Below, one piece after another: positions 48,581-57,538 of a DNA stretch of 64,000 nt. This DNA comes from a virus. The stretch lies in IMG/VR virus record IMGVR_UViG_3300050030_000022, positions 9,182 through 73,181 of that record, one strand, 5' to 3'. The notes beneath the pieces were generated by a model. The model did no database searches. It had not been told where the DNA came from and saw only the letters and a program-made list of their open reading frames with translations. A program made the position numbers and the translations under genes. Numbering within the stretch: the stretch's first letter is position 1; the number at the start of each line of letters is the position of its first letter.

Positions 48581-49786
48581 ATGAAAAAATACTTATTGAT
48601 ATTAATGATATTGCCCCTGCTTAGTTTTGGCGGCAAACGCTATTGGGTCGGCGGGGGGGCCTCGGCCAACTGGAGTGCAACCGGTAATACTAATTGGTCA
48701 TTGACTTCCGGCGGGGCAGGTAATGCAGCCGTCCCGGGTACGAGTGATTCAGTTTATTTTGACGGGGCGGGAAGTGGAAATTCCGCTTCGACCATCTCGG
48801 CAACGATAACGGTAATGAGATTTGAGATTACATCAGGTTACACGAATACGATAACTCACAATGCCGTTCTGACCTGCTCAGGTGATTTCACCCTTAACAC
48901 CTCTTACACTATTGCGGGGAGTTCACCTGTCACGCTTTCGGGTACTTGTACCATTACATCTGGCGGCAAAACATGGCCTAATGCAATGACATTTTCTGGA
49001 GCGAACACAAAAACACTTTCTGGTAATTTAGTAATTTCAGGAGATTTAACTCTTTCAACTGCGAATAGTATTATTAATTGGACGACAAATGAAACCTTAT
49101 CATGTGCGGGACTAATGATCAGTGGAAGTCAAGCAGCTGGCACGGCTAAAATTATAGTAACTGGCGGAATACTTTATATGAACTCTTCAGGTTATATGGC
49201 TGGAAATAATATAGATATTCAGGGAAATGTAACGATTGGAGTAAATTTTGGGTTCGGAAATTCGAAAACATTAACTTATGTAAGCGGAACAGTCACAACT
49301 ACTTCATCAACATTTTATATATTAGGGAGTTGTACTTTAAATACTGCCGGAATTGCGTGGAATAATATTTATGTTAACTCAGATGCGACTATTACTAATA
49401 ATTCTTTATTAACGGTTACCGGAACATATACAATGGCATCATGGAATGTTTCATGGCAAGGAAACTATGGGTTTACCGTTGGAACTTTAGTCATGTCGTC
49501 AACTTCAAATTCAAGTGCCCTTACCCTAAATGATGGGGTGACTTATACCGTAACAACTGTCTTGCAGGCATATCTTTCCAGAAAGGGTTCTATTGTGACA
49601 ATCACATCAGACGATGCAACGAATAAAGCAATATTAACCCTTAATCAGGGAGCGACCTGTAACGTTTTGGCGAACCTTACAAGGATAGACGCCTCGGCGG
49701 GCAGAACGATTTTCACATTTAACGGAACAATAACAAACTGCCTGAATGTGGTCGAAATGCACGACCGGGCAACGGTAGGAAACTAA
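48581..49786 (+). CDS. Signal-peptide-bearing beta-solenoid protein (putative fibre/receptor-binding)
   Basis: MKKYLLILMILPLLSFG; RYWVGG...NWS..SGG...VP...D.VYFD; T/S/N/G-rich. Confidence 0.65.
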   Translation: MKKYLLILMILPLLSFGGKRYWVGGGASANWSATGNTNWSLTSGGAGNAAVPGTSDSVYFDGAGSGNSASTISATITVMRFEITSGYTNTITHNAVLTCSGDFTLNTSYTIAGSSPVTLSGTCTITSGGKTWPNAMTFSGANTKTLSGNLVISGDLTLSTANSIINWTTNETLSCAGLMISGSQAAGTAKIIVTGGILYMNSSGYMAGNNIDIQGNVTIGVNFGFGNSKTLTYVSGTVTTTSSTFYILGSCTLNTAGIAWNNIYVNSDATITNNSLLTVTGTYTMASWNVSWQGNYGFTVGTLVMSSTSNSSALTLNDGVTYTVTTVLQAYLSRKGSIVTITSDDATNKAILTLNQGATCNVLANLTRIDASAGRTIFTFNGTITNCLNVVEMHDRATVGN

Positions 49787-49869
49787 CATTTAAAACTGGC
49801 AAAAGAACACTGGAACCTGAAAAGATACCAACCTAAAATTATAGACGATTAACACTTAAAACTAACAAT

Positions 49870-50754
49870 ATGAAAACAATTAAAACACTTTTCTTAATTT
49901 CTTTACTGACTTTTGCTTTGGCAAGTCAGGGGCAGACAACGCAATTATACTATAAGGGTTGCGGCAAAGTGCAATCAAAAACGTTTGATCTGACTTATGG
50001 AACCAACGGTCAAGATAAACCCGTGGGCAACCATTTTAAATTCTGTCTTTTAAAAGACGGGAACTATTTGTATGGTCAGGATGCACTTACTGAGGCTGAA
50101 AAACCTGTTTGGGGTGATAATCAAAATCGAACAATCGAAGAGTTGTTACCTCATTTGACGCCCGATGTCGGCGTGAAATTCTTATACAGTAATAACTGGC
50201 ATCCAATAGCCGTGGATAGCCTGCCAACTACACTGGGTACTACCTATCAACTAAGAGTTTGGAGTGGGAATTATTCTGGTGGTCAAAAAACATATTACAA
50301 ATCCAGTGAAATGCCCTTTGAGTCGGTACAGTATTGGCTCAGCATTGGTTTTTTTACGGAATGGAAACAATATAATTTGCCTGACCGAACTGCTTCAATA
50401 AACCCTGACTGGATCAATAACGAAGCGATCCGTACCGTTGAACGTGCGGAATACAAACAGATTGTACAGGAATACTTTGCCCTCATGGGCGACTACTCGT
50501 TTCCGACTTTTCCAACTAACCCTTCTGCGTTAGGTGGCTGTGACAGTTGGGTATGGAAAATCCAGTATAGCGGAGAATCCTGGCAAACCTTAACAGTTGA
50601 TCCGACCTTTTGGCTTGCATCACCAAATGGATTCCCTATAATTCTTTACAGGGAAATTCCGATAAGTTGCAAATACTATAATTTGCAATGGGATAGCAAG
50701 ATAAATAATACGATATCGGGCGAAGATCGAGTGAAAAGACTTTTAGGAATGTAG
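49870..50754 (+). CDS. Secreted hypothetical protein
   Basis: MKTIKTLFLISLLTFALASQG-Q signal peptide. Confidence 0.65.
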   Translation: MKTIKTLFLISLLTFALASQGQTTQLYYKGCGKVQSKTFDLTYGTNGQDKPVGNHFKFCLLKDGNYLYGQDALTEAEKPVWGDNQNRTIEELLPHLTPDVGVKFLYSNNWHPIAVDSLPTTLGTTYQLRVWSGNYSGGQKTYYKSSEMPFESVQYWLSIGFFTEWKQYNLPDRTASINPDWINNEAIRTVERAEYKQIVQEYFALMGDYSFPTFPTNPSALGGCDSWVWKIQYSGESWQTLTVDPTFWLASPNGFPIILYREIPISCKYYNLQWDSKINNTISGEDRVKRLLGM

Positions 50755-50777
50755 CGTCCGTCACAACATAGATTTTC

Positions 50778-50803
50778 AAACCCCGTATTTAACGGGGTTT
50801 TTT
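50778..50803 (+). terminator. Rho-independent terminator ending tail module
   Basis: AAACCCCGT-ATTTA-ACGGGGTTT followed by TTT. Confidence 0.85.
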
Positions 50804-50842
50804 ATTATACCTTATATTATTATTAAATATATTTTATAGTTT

Positions 50843-50875
50843 TTGTAAAATGTTGTGCAAAACGACTTACCTTCG
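50843..50875 (+). promoter_or_regulatory. Class A promoter TTG-N9-GTGCA-N8-TACCTTCG for ssb/recombination operon
   Basis: After terminator, before ssb. Confidence 0.7.
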
Positions 50876-50956
50876 TATTCTATTTTTCATGGTTGGGTTG
50901 AACAGGGCGGGTGCAATACGGGGGTATTCCCCGCCCTTAATTTAAAAACTGATATT

Positions 50957-51418
50957 ATGGCTTCTGTAAATAGCATCACATTATTAGGCAGGGTTGGAAA
51001 AGACCCTGAAACACGACAGTTGAACGGCGGAAAGAAGGTCTGCAACCTTACTGTTGCTACATCCGAAACCTTTAAGGATAAGGATGGAAATAAAAAAGAA
51101 GCAACCCAATGGCATCAGGTGACGGCATGGGGCGCAACGGCTGACATTATTGAAAAGTACGTCCATAAAGGCGATCAACTTTATGTTCAGGGGCAGTTGA
51201 TATATGAACAATGGGAAGATAAGGACGGCGTTAAACACACAACCGCCAAGATTCGTGCTGGCCAGGTGGTTTTGTTGGGTAGCAAAAAACCTGACAATAT
51301 GAGTCAGCCGACCAATGAGGCAATATCCGAACCAACAAATAATGAAACCGGGGACGACTTACCCTTCATTATAACCATCCTTCTGGCGGTAGGCACACTA
51401 TTACCATTTATGATATAA
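50957..51418 (+). CDS. ssb: Single-stranded DNA-binding protein with hydrophobic extension after DDLPF
   Basis: VNSITLLGRVGKDPE, TQWH.V.AW, KGDQLYVQG, DDLPF. Confidence 0.93.
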   Translation: MASVNSITLLGRVGKDPETRQLNGGKKVCNLTVATSETFKDKDGNKKEATQWHQVTAWGATADIIEKYVHKGDQLYVQGQLIYEQWEDKDGVKHTTAKIRAGQVVLLGSKKPDNMSQPTNEAISEPTNNETGDDLPFIITILLAVGTLLPFMI

Positions 51419-51422
51419 ATAT

Positions 51423-51611
51423 ATGCCACAGAAAATGCCATCGGGACTAAAGAGGCTCATCCGCCAACGCACCGGAAAGAGTTGGTACATCATTACCAGA
51501 ACGCTGAACGGGAAACGTGTGGACGACACTCTGCTGCAACAGATTAAATCCATTGTCGCTGAATACGCTGCATCTAAGGACGATGTAATGCAACAAATAA
51601 AGGAATTATGA
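51423..51611 (+). CDS. Small HTH (Cro-like) protein
   Basis: IRQRTGKSWYIITRTLNG pattern. Confidence 0.5.
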   Translation: MPQKMPSGLKRLIRQRTGKSWYIITRTLNGKRVDDTLLQQIKSIVAEYAASKDDVMQQIKEL

Positions 51612-51747
51612 TCTGGCTCTACGTCATCGGCTCACTTCTGATCGGTGCAGCAATCGGCTGGTACATCCGTGGAAAAGTGGATGAATTTGAACGCGACATT
51701 GAGAAAATATTTGAAGATGCTTTGAAAGAATTGTAAAAATTAACATT

Positions 51748-52737
51748 ATGCCTGAATTAACCTTGCCTTACATTTCCGCACCCAACGAAATCCCCAACGA
51801 CACTTACCACAACAGGGAAGAATACGCTAAGTTTATCAGTTCCTCCGAACTAAAACAAATGATCATCTCCCCCAAGTGGTTCCGGTATTTCCAGGACAAC
51901 CCCAACGACACCCGGACTATCTCATTAGAAAACTCAATGAAGGGTAGTGTTTACCATGATATGCTTTGTTCAATTACCAATGTGGGTAACTTGTCGGGTT
52001 TTGAAAAGGATTGGGCGATATTTAACCCGCCTGTAAATTTAAAGACAGGCAATCCCTTTGGTTTTGATTCACAGGCTTATTTGGGTGCATACCAGGAATT
52101 TGTTGCGTTAAACCCCGGCAAGCAAATCTGTGGACAACCTGAGATTGATCTTGCGAATGCAATGATAAAAGAACTGCGTTACGGCAACAAACACCTGTCC
52201 GATGATATTAACTTTCTGATCAAGAACGGCAAGGCGGAACAGTCCCATTTCTGCGAATATGAGGGCGGGTTTTTTAAATTCCGCACGGACTTAAAGACGA
52301 CTACTAAAATTGTCGATTGGAAATCCTGCCAGGCGGAAACCCCTAAAATAGAAAATTGGTCAAAGCAAGTGGTCAAGATGGGTTACGATTTATCAGCCGC
52401 CTTCTATCAGTTCTTTGACTTTATCATCACTGGCAAATGGAAAACCTATTATTGGGTTGCACAGGAGAAAGTGCCTCCCTTCGACTTCAATATCATTGAT
52501 GCCTCGAATTGGGCGTTTGAAATCACCAGAGATGCAGAAACGGGCGAACAAATTCCCATACCGCATTCCGGGGCGCAGAAATTCATTAAATTAATGGAGA
52601 TTTACCTGCAATGTGCCGAAAAGGATGATTGGCCGGGGTACAGCGTCTTTACCCAACCAGACTACCGGGGACGTAGAATAGCCGTGTCACAAGTGCCAGG
52701 ATATGAAAGCTCAAAAATGCTTAACTTCTATTTATAA
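51748..52737 (+). CDS. PD-(D/E)XK exonuclease (RecE/DUF3799-like)
   Basis: YH...ISSSELK, GSVYH, KFRTD, IVDWKS, YDLSAAFY. Confidence 0.8.
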   Translation: MPELTLPYISAPNEIPNDTYHNREEYAKFISSSELKQMIISPKWFRYFQDNPNDTRTISLENSMKGSVYHDMLCSITNVGNLSGFEKDWAIFNPPVNLKTGNPFGFDSQAYLGAYQEFVALNPGKQICGQPEIDLANAMIKELRYGNKHLSDDINFLIKNGKAEQSHFCEYEGGFFKFRTDLKTTTKIVDWKSCQAETPKIENWSKQVVKMGYDLSAAFYQFFDFIITGKWKTYYWVAQEKVPPFDFNIIDASNWAFEITRDAETGEQIPIPHSGAQKFIKLMEIYLQCAEKDDWPGYSVFTQPDYRGRRIAVSQVPGYESSKMLNFYL

Positions 52738-52755
52738 ATTTAACACTTAAATCAC

Positions 52756-53640
52756 ATGAACGAATCAACAGACATCCAAATCGTACACAGCGACATCACG
52801 ACCTACGAACAATCCGTAAGGGCGGAGGTGGACATTCAGATCACCACGGCAAAGAAATACCCCCGTGATCTGGAGCGCTTTATGAAAAACTCCATGTTCG
52901 CCGCTACCCATACCGATGCGGCAGCGATCAAATGCGGGTACACCCTGCCCCGTGGCGACAAAAAGATTCAGGGTGCTTCGGTTCATCTTGCCCGAATCCT
53001 GGCGCAGAACTTCGGCAACATCCGTATTGCGGCCAAAGGGTTGTCCATTTCGGATAATTATGTAACCGCCGAAGCGGTCTGCATGGATTTGGAAACCAAT
53101 ATGGCAGTCCGTGTGGAAACCCGGCAAAAGATTCTGGACAAAACCGGAAAGCGGTTCAATGAGGACATGATTGGAATAACCATGCTGGCCTGTATCGCAA
53201 AGGCTGAACGCAACGCCATCTTGCATGTTATTCCATCCTCATTCACGGATGAAATCTACCTGGCAGCACAAAAGAAGCTGATCGGGGACGTGAAAAAGAA
53301 TCCGAAATCATTACAGGAAACCCGCACGACCGCCCTGAAAGCATTTGAGGACAAGTACGGTGTCAAGCAAGACATGATCCTTAAATACTTCGGCAAACAG
53401 AAGGTGGAACAGTTGGATGCCGAGGATGTCGTATCTTTGCGCGGACTTTACCAGGCTTTGCATGACGGTGACGCAACCGTGGAGGGCACATTCGGCGAGG
53501 GTGAGAACCCGGATGGTGAAAAAGTAAAGGAAAAGGCGGATAAGTTTGCCGAGGAAGAATTACCTCCCGACCAGAAGGACAACGCCGTGCCGGGACGCAC
53601 TGAGGAAAAGCCCGCCGGGGATTTATTCGACAAAAAGTAA
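52756..53640 (+). CDS. Putative single-strand annealing / recombination partner
   Basis: AEVDIQITTAKKYPRD, YTLPRG..IQGASVHLA; adjacent to exonuclease. Confidence 0.55.
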   Translation: MNESTDIQIVHSDITTYEQSVRAEVDIQITTAKKYPRDLERFMKNSMFAATHTDAAAIKCGYTLPRGDKKIQGASVHLARILAQNFGNIRIAAKGLSISDNYVTAEAVCMDLETNMAVRVETRQKILDKTGKRFNEDMIGITMLACIAKAERNAILHVIPSSFTDEIYLAAQKKLIGDVKKNPKSLQETRTTALKAFEDKYGVKQDMILKYFGKQKVEQLDAEDVVSLRGLYQALHDGDATVEGTFGEGENPDGEKVKEKADKFAEEELPPDQKDNAVPGRTEEKPAGDLFDKK

Positions 53641-53646
53641 AACCCC

Positions 53647-53667
53647 GTGCAGAATTGTTTACCTTTA
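53647..53667 (+). promoter_or_regulatory. Class A promoter GTGCA-N8-TACCTTTA
   Basis: Immediately after stop of upstream gene. Confidence 0.55.
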
Positions 53668-53787
53668 ATTAATAATTAGTGTTCTTTATTTAATGGTTTC
53701 CGGTAATGATTGGATGGTTATCGCTACGGCTTTAAGCCACAAAACCTGCATGTTCGACCCATGCTACCGGAGCAAATAAATGAAAAT

Positions 53788-54492
53788 ATGACATATCGTA
53801 AAAATTGTTTCGTCTGTGGGGGTGAATTTGAAGGTTTCGCAAATCAATACCTTTGCGGAAGCAGGCAATGTGAGAACGAAAGACGCTATCAGACTGAAAA
53901 CTTCCCCAATACCGCATTCATCTTTACTTGTAAATGGTGCGGTCACGAATTTGAAAAGCGCGGTCAGATTTATTCTGTCTGTGACGACCCCTTGTGTCAA
54001 TCACTACAAAAACGCGCAACTTCAACATGGTATTGGAAAAAGGCGTATCGCAAACAGAAGAATGCTTATTTGGAATTAATGCTGAGAATGGGGCAAAAGC
54101 AAGTCCCTCGATTAGATAGTGGCAAAGACCCGACAAGATATTGCGATGAATTGTTTGCCACGCAAGACCTACAAGATTACCACCATCTGATCGCTAAAAT
54201 AATCTGCAATAAGTTTGCCATGACCGAAAATATGTTATGGCTCAAAACAAAAATTTACCCCATCCAAACCGCCCGGCAACTATGCCATTACTTTGGTCGG
54301 AAGTTCAACAAAGGCACTCAGGAATTTACGGGCAAGGTTTTCGGCGGACGCAGTTATTCTACCGTCAGAAATAACGCTTTAGTCATGTCGGGGTTAGCTG
54401 AATACGGAAGTAACAATAAACCGGCGGATATGTTTTATCATAAACTTGTTTGTGAAATTCAGGGCGAATTAGCCCATAAAATATTAAATTGA
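53788..54492 (+). CDS. Zn-ribbon plus DnaA C-terminal-like HTH DNA-binding protein
   Basis: Two CxxCG..F..C...C modules; ARQLCHYF...TGKVFGGRSYSTV resembles DnaA domain IV. Confidence 0.6.
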   Translation: MTYRKNCFVCGGEFEGFANQYLCGSRQCENERRYQTENFPNTAFIFTCKWCGHEFEKRGQIYSVCDDPLCQSLQKRATSTWYWKKAYRKQKNAYLELMLRMGQKQVPRLDSGKDPTRYCDELFATQDLQDYHHLIAKIICNKFAMTENMLWLKTKIYPIQTARQLCHYFGRKFNKGTQEFTGKVFGGRSYSTVRNNALVMSGLAEYGSNNKPADMFYHKLVCEIQGELAHKILN

Positions 54493-54674
54493 TGGCATAC
54501 AAGTATAGTAATTTTGGTTACGACGGGTGTTCCTGTATGGAAGAAGTGCCTGACTTTTGCATAATCTGTGGCGAAGTCTGCGGGGACGATCCTGATTACT
54601 GCGATAAGCATTTGGCTGAGAAGCAGCAAGAGAGGGAGTATCCATTATTTAATGAAATTTTATCTAATCTTTAA
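54489..54674 (+). CDS. Small Cys-rich Zn-finger protein
   Basis: CIICG...YCDKH. Confidence 0.45.
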   Translation: MMAYKYSNFGYDGCSCMEEVPDFCIICGEVCGDDPDYCDKHLAEKQQEREYPLFNEILSNL

Positions 54675-54685
54675 ATACTAATATT

Positions 54686-55531
54686 ATGTGTAAATTTTAT
54701 TCAGCTATCATCAGACCCAACGGGGATGTCTTACATGACATTCACACATCTTCGCACGAAGATATTATTGATTTATACGGTCTAAATGATGACAAAACGG
54801 GTCGTTTTGCTAAACTGGAATATACCAGCGATGACCTGACGGATTTATCTACCTATGAATTAAAGGTTGACGAATTGGTGAAACCGGAATGGTTGACAGA
54901 TTCCATGCTTGAAAAAGCTGAAAGGAAACTTTATCAAATCGTCAAAAAGCGAATCATTACAGAGGATCGCAAACTACTTATGGGTGGGATTTTTATTGTG
55001 GCCGAAGGTGTGAAAATTGATGCGATTAAGAATGCTACTATTGAAATTATTAAAAACAGCACCGTCAAAGAGATGCGGGAAAACAGCACCGTCAAAGAGA
55101 TGCTGGGAAACAGCACCGTCAAAGAGATGCTGGGAAACAGCACCGTCAACCAGATGCGGGAAAACAGCACCGTCAACCAGATGCTGGAAAACAGCACCGT
55201 CAAAGAGATGTGGGAAAACAGCACCGTCAAAGAGATGTGGGGAAACAGCACCGTCAAAGAGATGCGGGGAAACAGCACCGTCAACCAGATGTGGGAAAAC
55301 AGCACCGTCAAAGAGATGTGGGGAAACAGCACCGTCAACCAGATGTGGGAAAACAGCACCGTCAAAGAGATGTGGGGAAACGGCACCGTCAAAGAGATGT
55401 GGGAAAACAGCACCGTCAAAGAGATGTGGGGAAACAGCACCGTCAAAGAGATGTGGGAAAACAGCACCGTCAAAGAGATGTGGGAAAACAGCACCGTCAA
55501 AGAGATGCGGGGAAACAGCAAAAAGCCGTAA
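54686..55531 (+). CDS. Phage protein with 17 nonapeptide (STVKEMWEN) beta-solenoid repeats
   Basis: MCKFYS..SHEDII N-domain followed by repeats. Confidence 0.8.
   Translation: MCKFYSAIIRPNGDVLHDIHTSSHEDIIDLYGLNDDKTGRFAKLEYTSDDLTDLSTYELKVDELVKPEWLTDSMLEKAERKLYQIVKKRIITEDRKLLMGGIFIVAEGVKIDAIKNATIEIIKNSTVKEMRENSTVKEMLGNSTVKEMLGNSTVNQMRENSTVNQMLENSTVKEMWENSTVKEMWGNSTVKEMRGNSTVNQMWENSTVKEMWGNSTVNQMWENSTVKEMWGNGTVKEMWENSTVKEMWGNSTVKEMWENSTVKEMWENSTVKEMRGNSKKP
55058..55516 (+). repeat. 27-bp tandem repeat, 17 copies
   Basis: AGCACCGTCAA(AG/CC)AGATG(TG/CG/CT)GG(A/G)AAAC. Confidence 0.95.
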
Positions 55532-55533
55532 TT

Positions 55534-55859
55534 ATGGACACAATCTATACAGGCACGGTTGACCTGGATAAATTAGAAAAGGAAAGAATCGTGGAGTCCG
55601 ACCGAACGGGACACCATTGGTTTCAGATTGCACTGATCGTGTTGGAGAAGCCCGACAGGTTTTCGGCAACGAAATGATAATCCAGCACCGCGGGACAAAA
55701 GGTAAACGGCACATCATCATCGGTAATGCAATGTGCAAGGGCAAAATCAAATTCAAATTCCCAACAGGCAACCATGTGCCGTCAAAGATGGAAACCCGGT
55801 GTGAGAAGGAAGAAACTTACAGGGAATATGATGAACCAGATAGATTTTATGAACCTTAA
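55534..55859 (+). pseudogene. Probable frameshifted small ssDNA-binding-like phage gene
   Basis: ...EKPDR in one frame continues as FGNEMIIQ...IIIGNA in another at AGGTTTTCGGC (~55660). Confidence 0.45.
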
Positions 55860-55871
55860 ATATTAAATCAA

Positions 55872-56075
55872 ATGAGTAAAAAATCAGATTCAGCATCAGG
55901 TGGCATTGGTTTTGCCGGACTTTTGACAATCGCATTCATAGTTTTGAAACTTACCCATTTCATTGATTGGAATTGGTGGTGGGTACTGGCTCCGCTTTGG
56001 ATAATCCCGGCAGTTATAATCTTTATATTGATCTGGGTTGGCATAGTCTGGATAATCGCACGTTCCATCAAATGA
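55872..56075 (+). CDS. Two-TM phage membrane protein (Fragile-X-F-like)
   Basis: GIGFAGLLTIAFIVLKLT..IDW.WWWVLAPLW. Confidence 0.8.
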   Translation: MSKKSDSASGGIGFAGLLTIAFIVLKLTHFIDWNWWWVLAPLWIIPAVIIFILIWVGIVWIIARSIK

Positions 56076-56851
56076 GAATCACACAATGCCATACCGCCCT
56101 TCAATTCTTTAAACCCCACGTGTTTAAAAAGTACGGGTTTACAGAATACCGCAACCCTAAAGAATCTTGCGTGTTTTGGGGCTGTTACCCTTCGACCCGC
56201 CCGAAACTTTTAAGCCATCAGGGTTTTGCCGTAGTGGTGTGGAGGGGCTCAGATGCGATGTTTGCGCTAAAGAACCGTTCCTATGTCCAGTTTTTATTGA
56301 AAAATACTGGACGAATCAAACACATCGCAATATCGAATTTCATTGAACGGGATTTAAGACGTGCGGGATTACCATTTATCCCCCTACCGCTTACCTCGAT
56401 GAGTTATGATTTATTTACGGTGATGCCACGGGGAGATGCAATTTATCTTTATGCCCCGCCGGAAGGCAAGCAACTCACCAAACACGACCATAAGTTATTG
56501 CAACAGGTTTTACACGGTCTGCCTTTTAAAGTCCATCGTGCCGACAAGTTATCCCATACCCGCCAGGATTTGATGGAGATATACCGGGATTGCTTTTTAG
56601 GTATCAGGTTATTGCCTCACGATGGACTGAGCAATACAATGGTAGAACTGGGCTTATGTGGAAGGATGTGTATAAGTAACAGCAATTTGCCCAACGCCAT
56701 TGGGTACACGGATGCAAAAAGCGTTATACAAATAATAGACCACGAACACAAATACCGGAGTGACGATAACTCACAGATTGCCGAGGATATGAGAAAGTAT
56801 ATTAACGTGCCAAAGGACTGGCTTAATATTAAATTTTGGGAGGATAAATGA
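56072..56851 (+). CDS. GT-B glycosyltransferase-like protein
   Basis: VWRGSDA, RLLPHDGLSNTMVELGLCGR resembling the GT4 donor-binding motif. Confidence 0.65.
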   Translation: MRITQCHTALQFFKPHVFKKYGFTEYRNPKESCVFWGCYPSTRPKLLSHQGFAVVVWRGSDAMFALKNRSYVQFLLKNTGRIKHIAISNFIERDLRRAGLPFIPLPLTSMSYDLFTVMPRGDAIYLYAPPEGKQLTKHDHKLLQQVLHGLPFKVHRADKLSHTRQDLMEIYRDCFLGIRLLPHDGLSNTMVELGLCGRMCISNSNLPNAIGYTDAKSVIQIIDHEHKYRSDDNSQIAEDMRKYINVPKDWLNIKFWEDK

Positions 56852-57093
56852 TGAAAACAAAATTATCGTTAAGGATAAGGCGAATCTATTATCGCATTAT
56901 AGGGCGGATTAAATACTTTTTTAAGTATTATAGATTTATGGATATTAATATTGCCCTCTGCCCCCGTTGTGGCAAGCCGTGGAAGAAATCGGACAACATC
57001 GCGGATGACACTTTCATCTGCAAATGCGGGATGACCACCTATGACCGCTTTCGCTTTCAGCCGACATTTGAGGACAAATCTGAAAATTACTGA
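56848..57093 (+). CDS. Small Zn-ribbon protein
   Basis: CPRCG...CKCG. Confidence 0.5.
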   Translation: MMKTKLSLRIRRIYYRIIGRIKYFFKYYRFMDINIALCPRCGKPWKKSDNIADDTFICKCGMTTYDRFRFQPTFEDKSENY

Positions 57094-57094
57094 T

Positions 57095-57538
57095 ATGGAA
57101 ACACCTGTCATGACTAACATAGGATTCATACAACCTACCCAGGATTTTAAAACAGTGGAGGGTGAGGCAGAACGTGTGAGAATCCAGAATGAGAAAATAT
57201 TGGCGGAAGAACGCCGTATCGCTGCCGACAAACTCAAAAAGGAACAGGCGGAAACCAAACGTATCGCCGATGAATTACAGGCCAAAAAAGATGCTGAACT
57301 GAAAGTCAAAAAGGAAGAGGAAGAAAAAGTAGAAAAAGAATTGAAAGAAAAGCAAGCCGCCGATAAGAAAGCCGCCGCCGCACCGGATAAGGAAAAGTTA
57401 CTGGCATGGACTAATAAAATCATCATCCCGGCTATTGGTGAATTAAAGTCCGAGAAAGCCATTAATATTTACAAACAGGCTTGCCAATACCTCACCAATA
57501 CCTGCAAATACGTCCAACAAGAAACTGAAAAACTGTGA
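57095..57538 (+). CDS. Coiled-coil phage protein
   Basis: K/E/A-rich, AAAPDKEKL motif. Confidence 0.6.
   Translation: METPVMTNIGFIQPTQDFKTVEGEAERVRIQNEKILAEERRIAADKLKKEQAETKRIADELQAKKDAELKVKKEEEEKVEKELKEKQAADKKAAAAPDKEKLLAWTNKIIIPAIGELKSEKAINIYKQACQYLTNTCKYVQQETEKL

Noticed and set aside
55058-55516. CRISPR-like array
   Set aside because: Contiguous in-frame 27-bp units with no unique spacers and no cas genes
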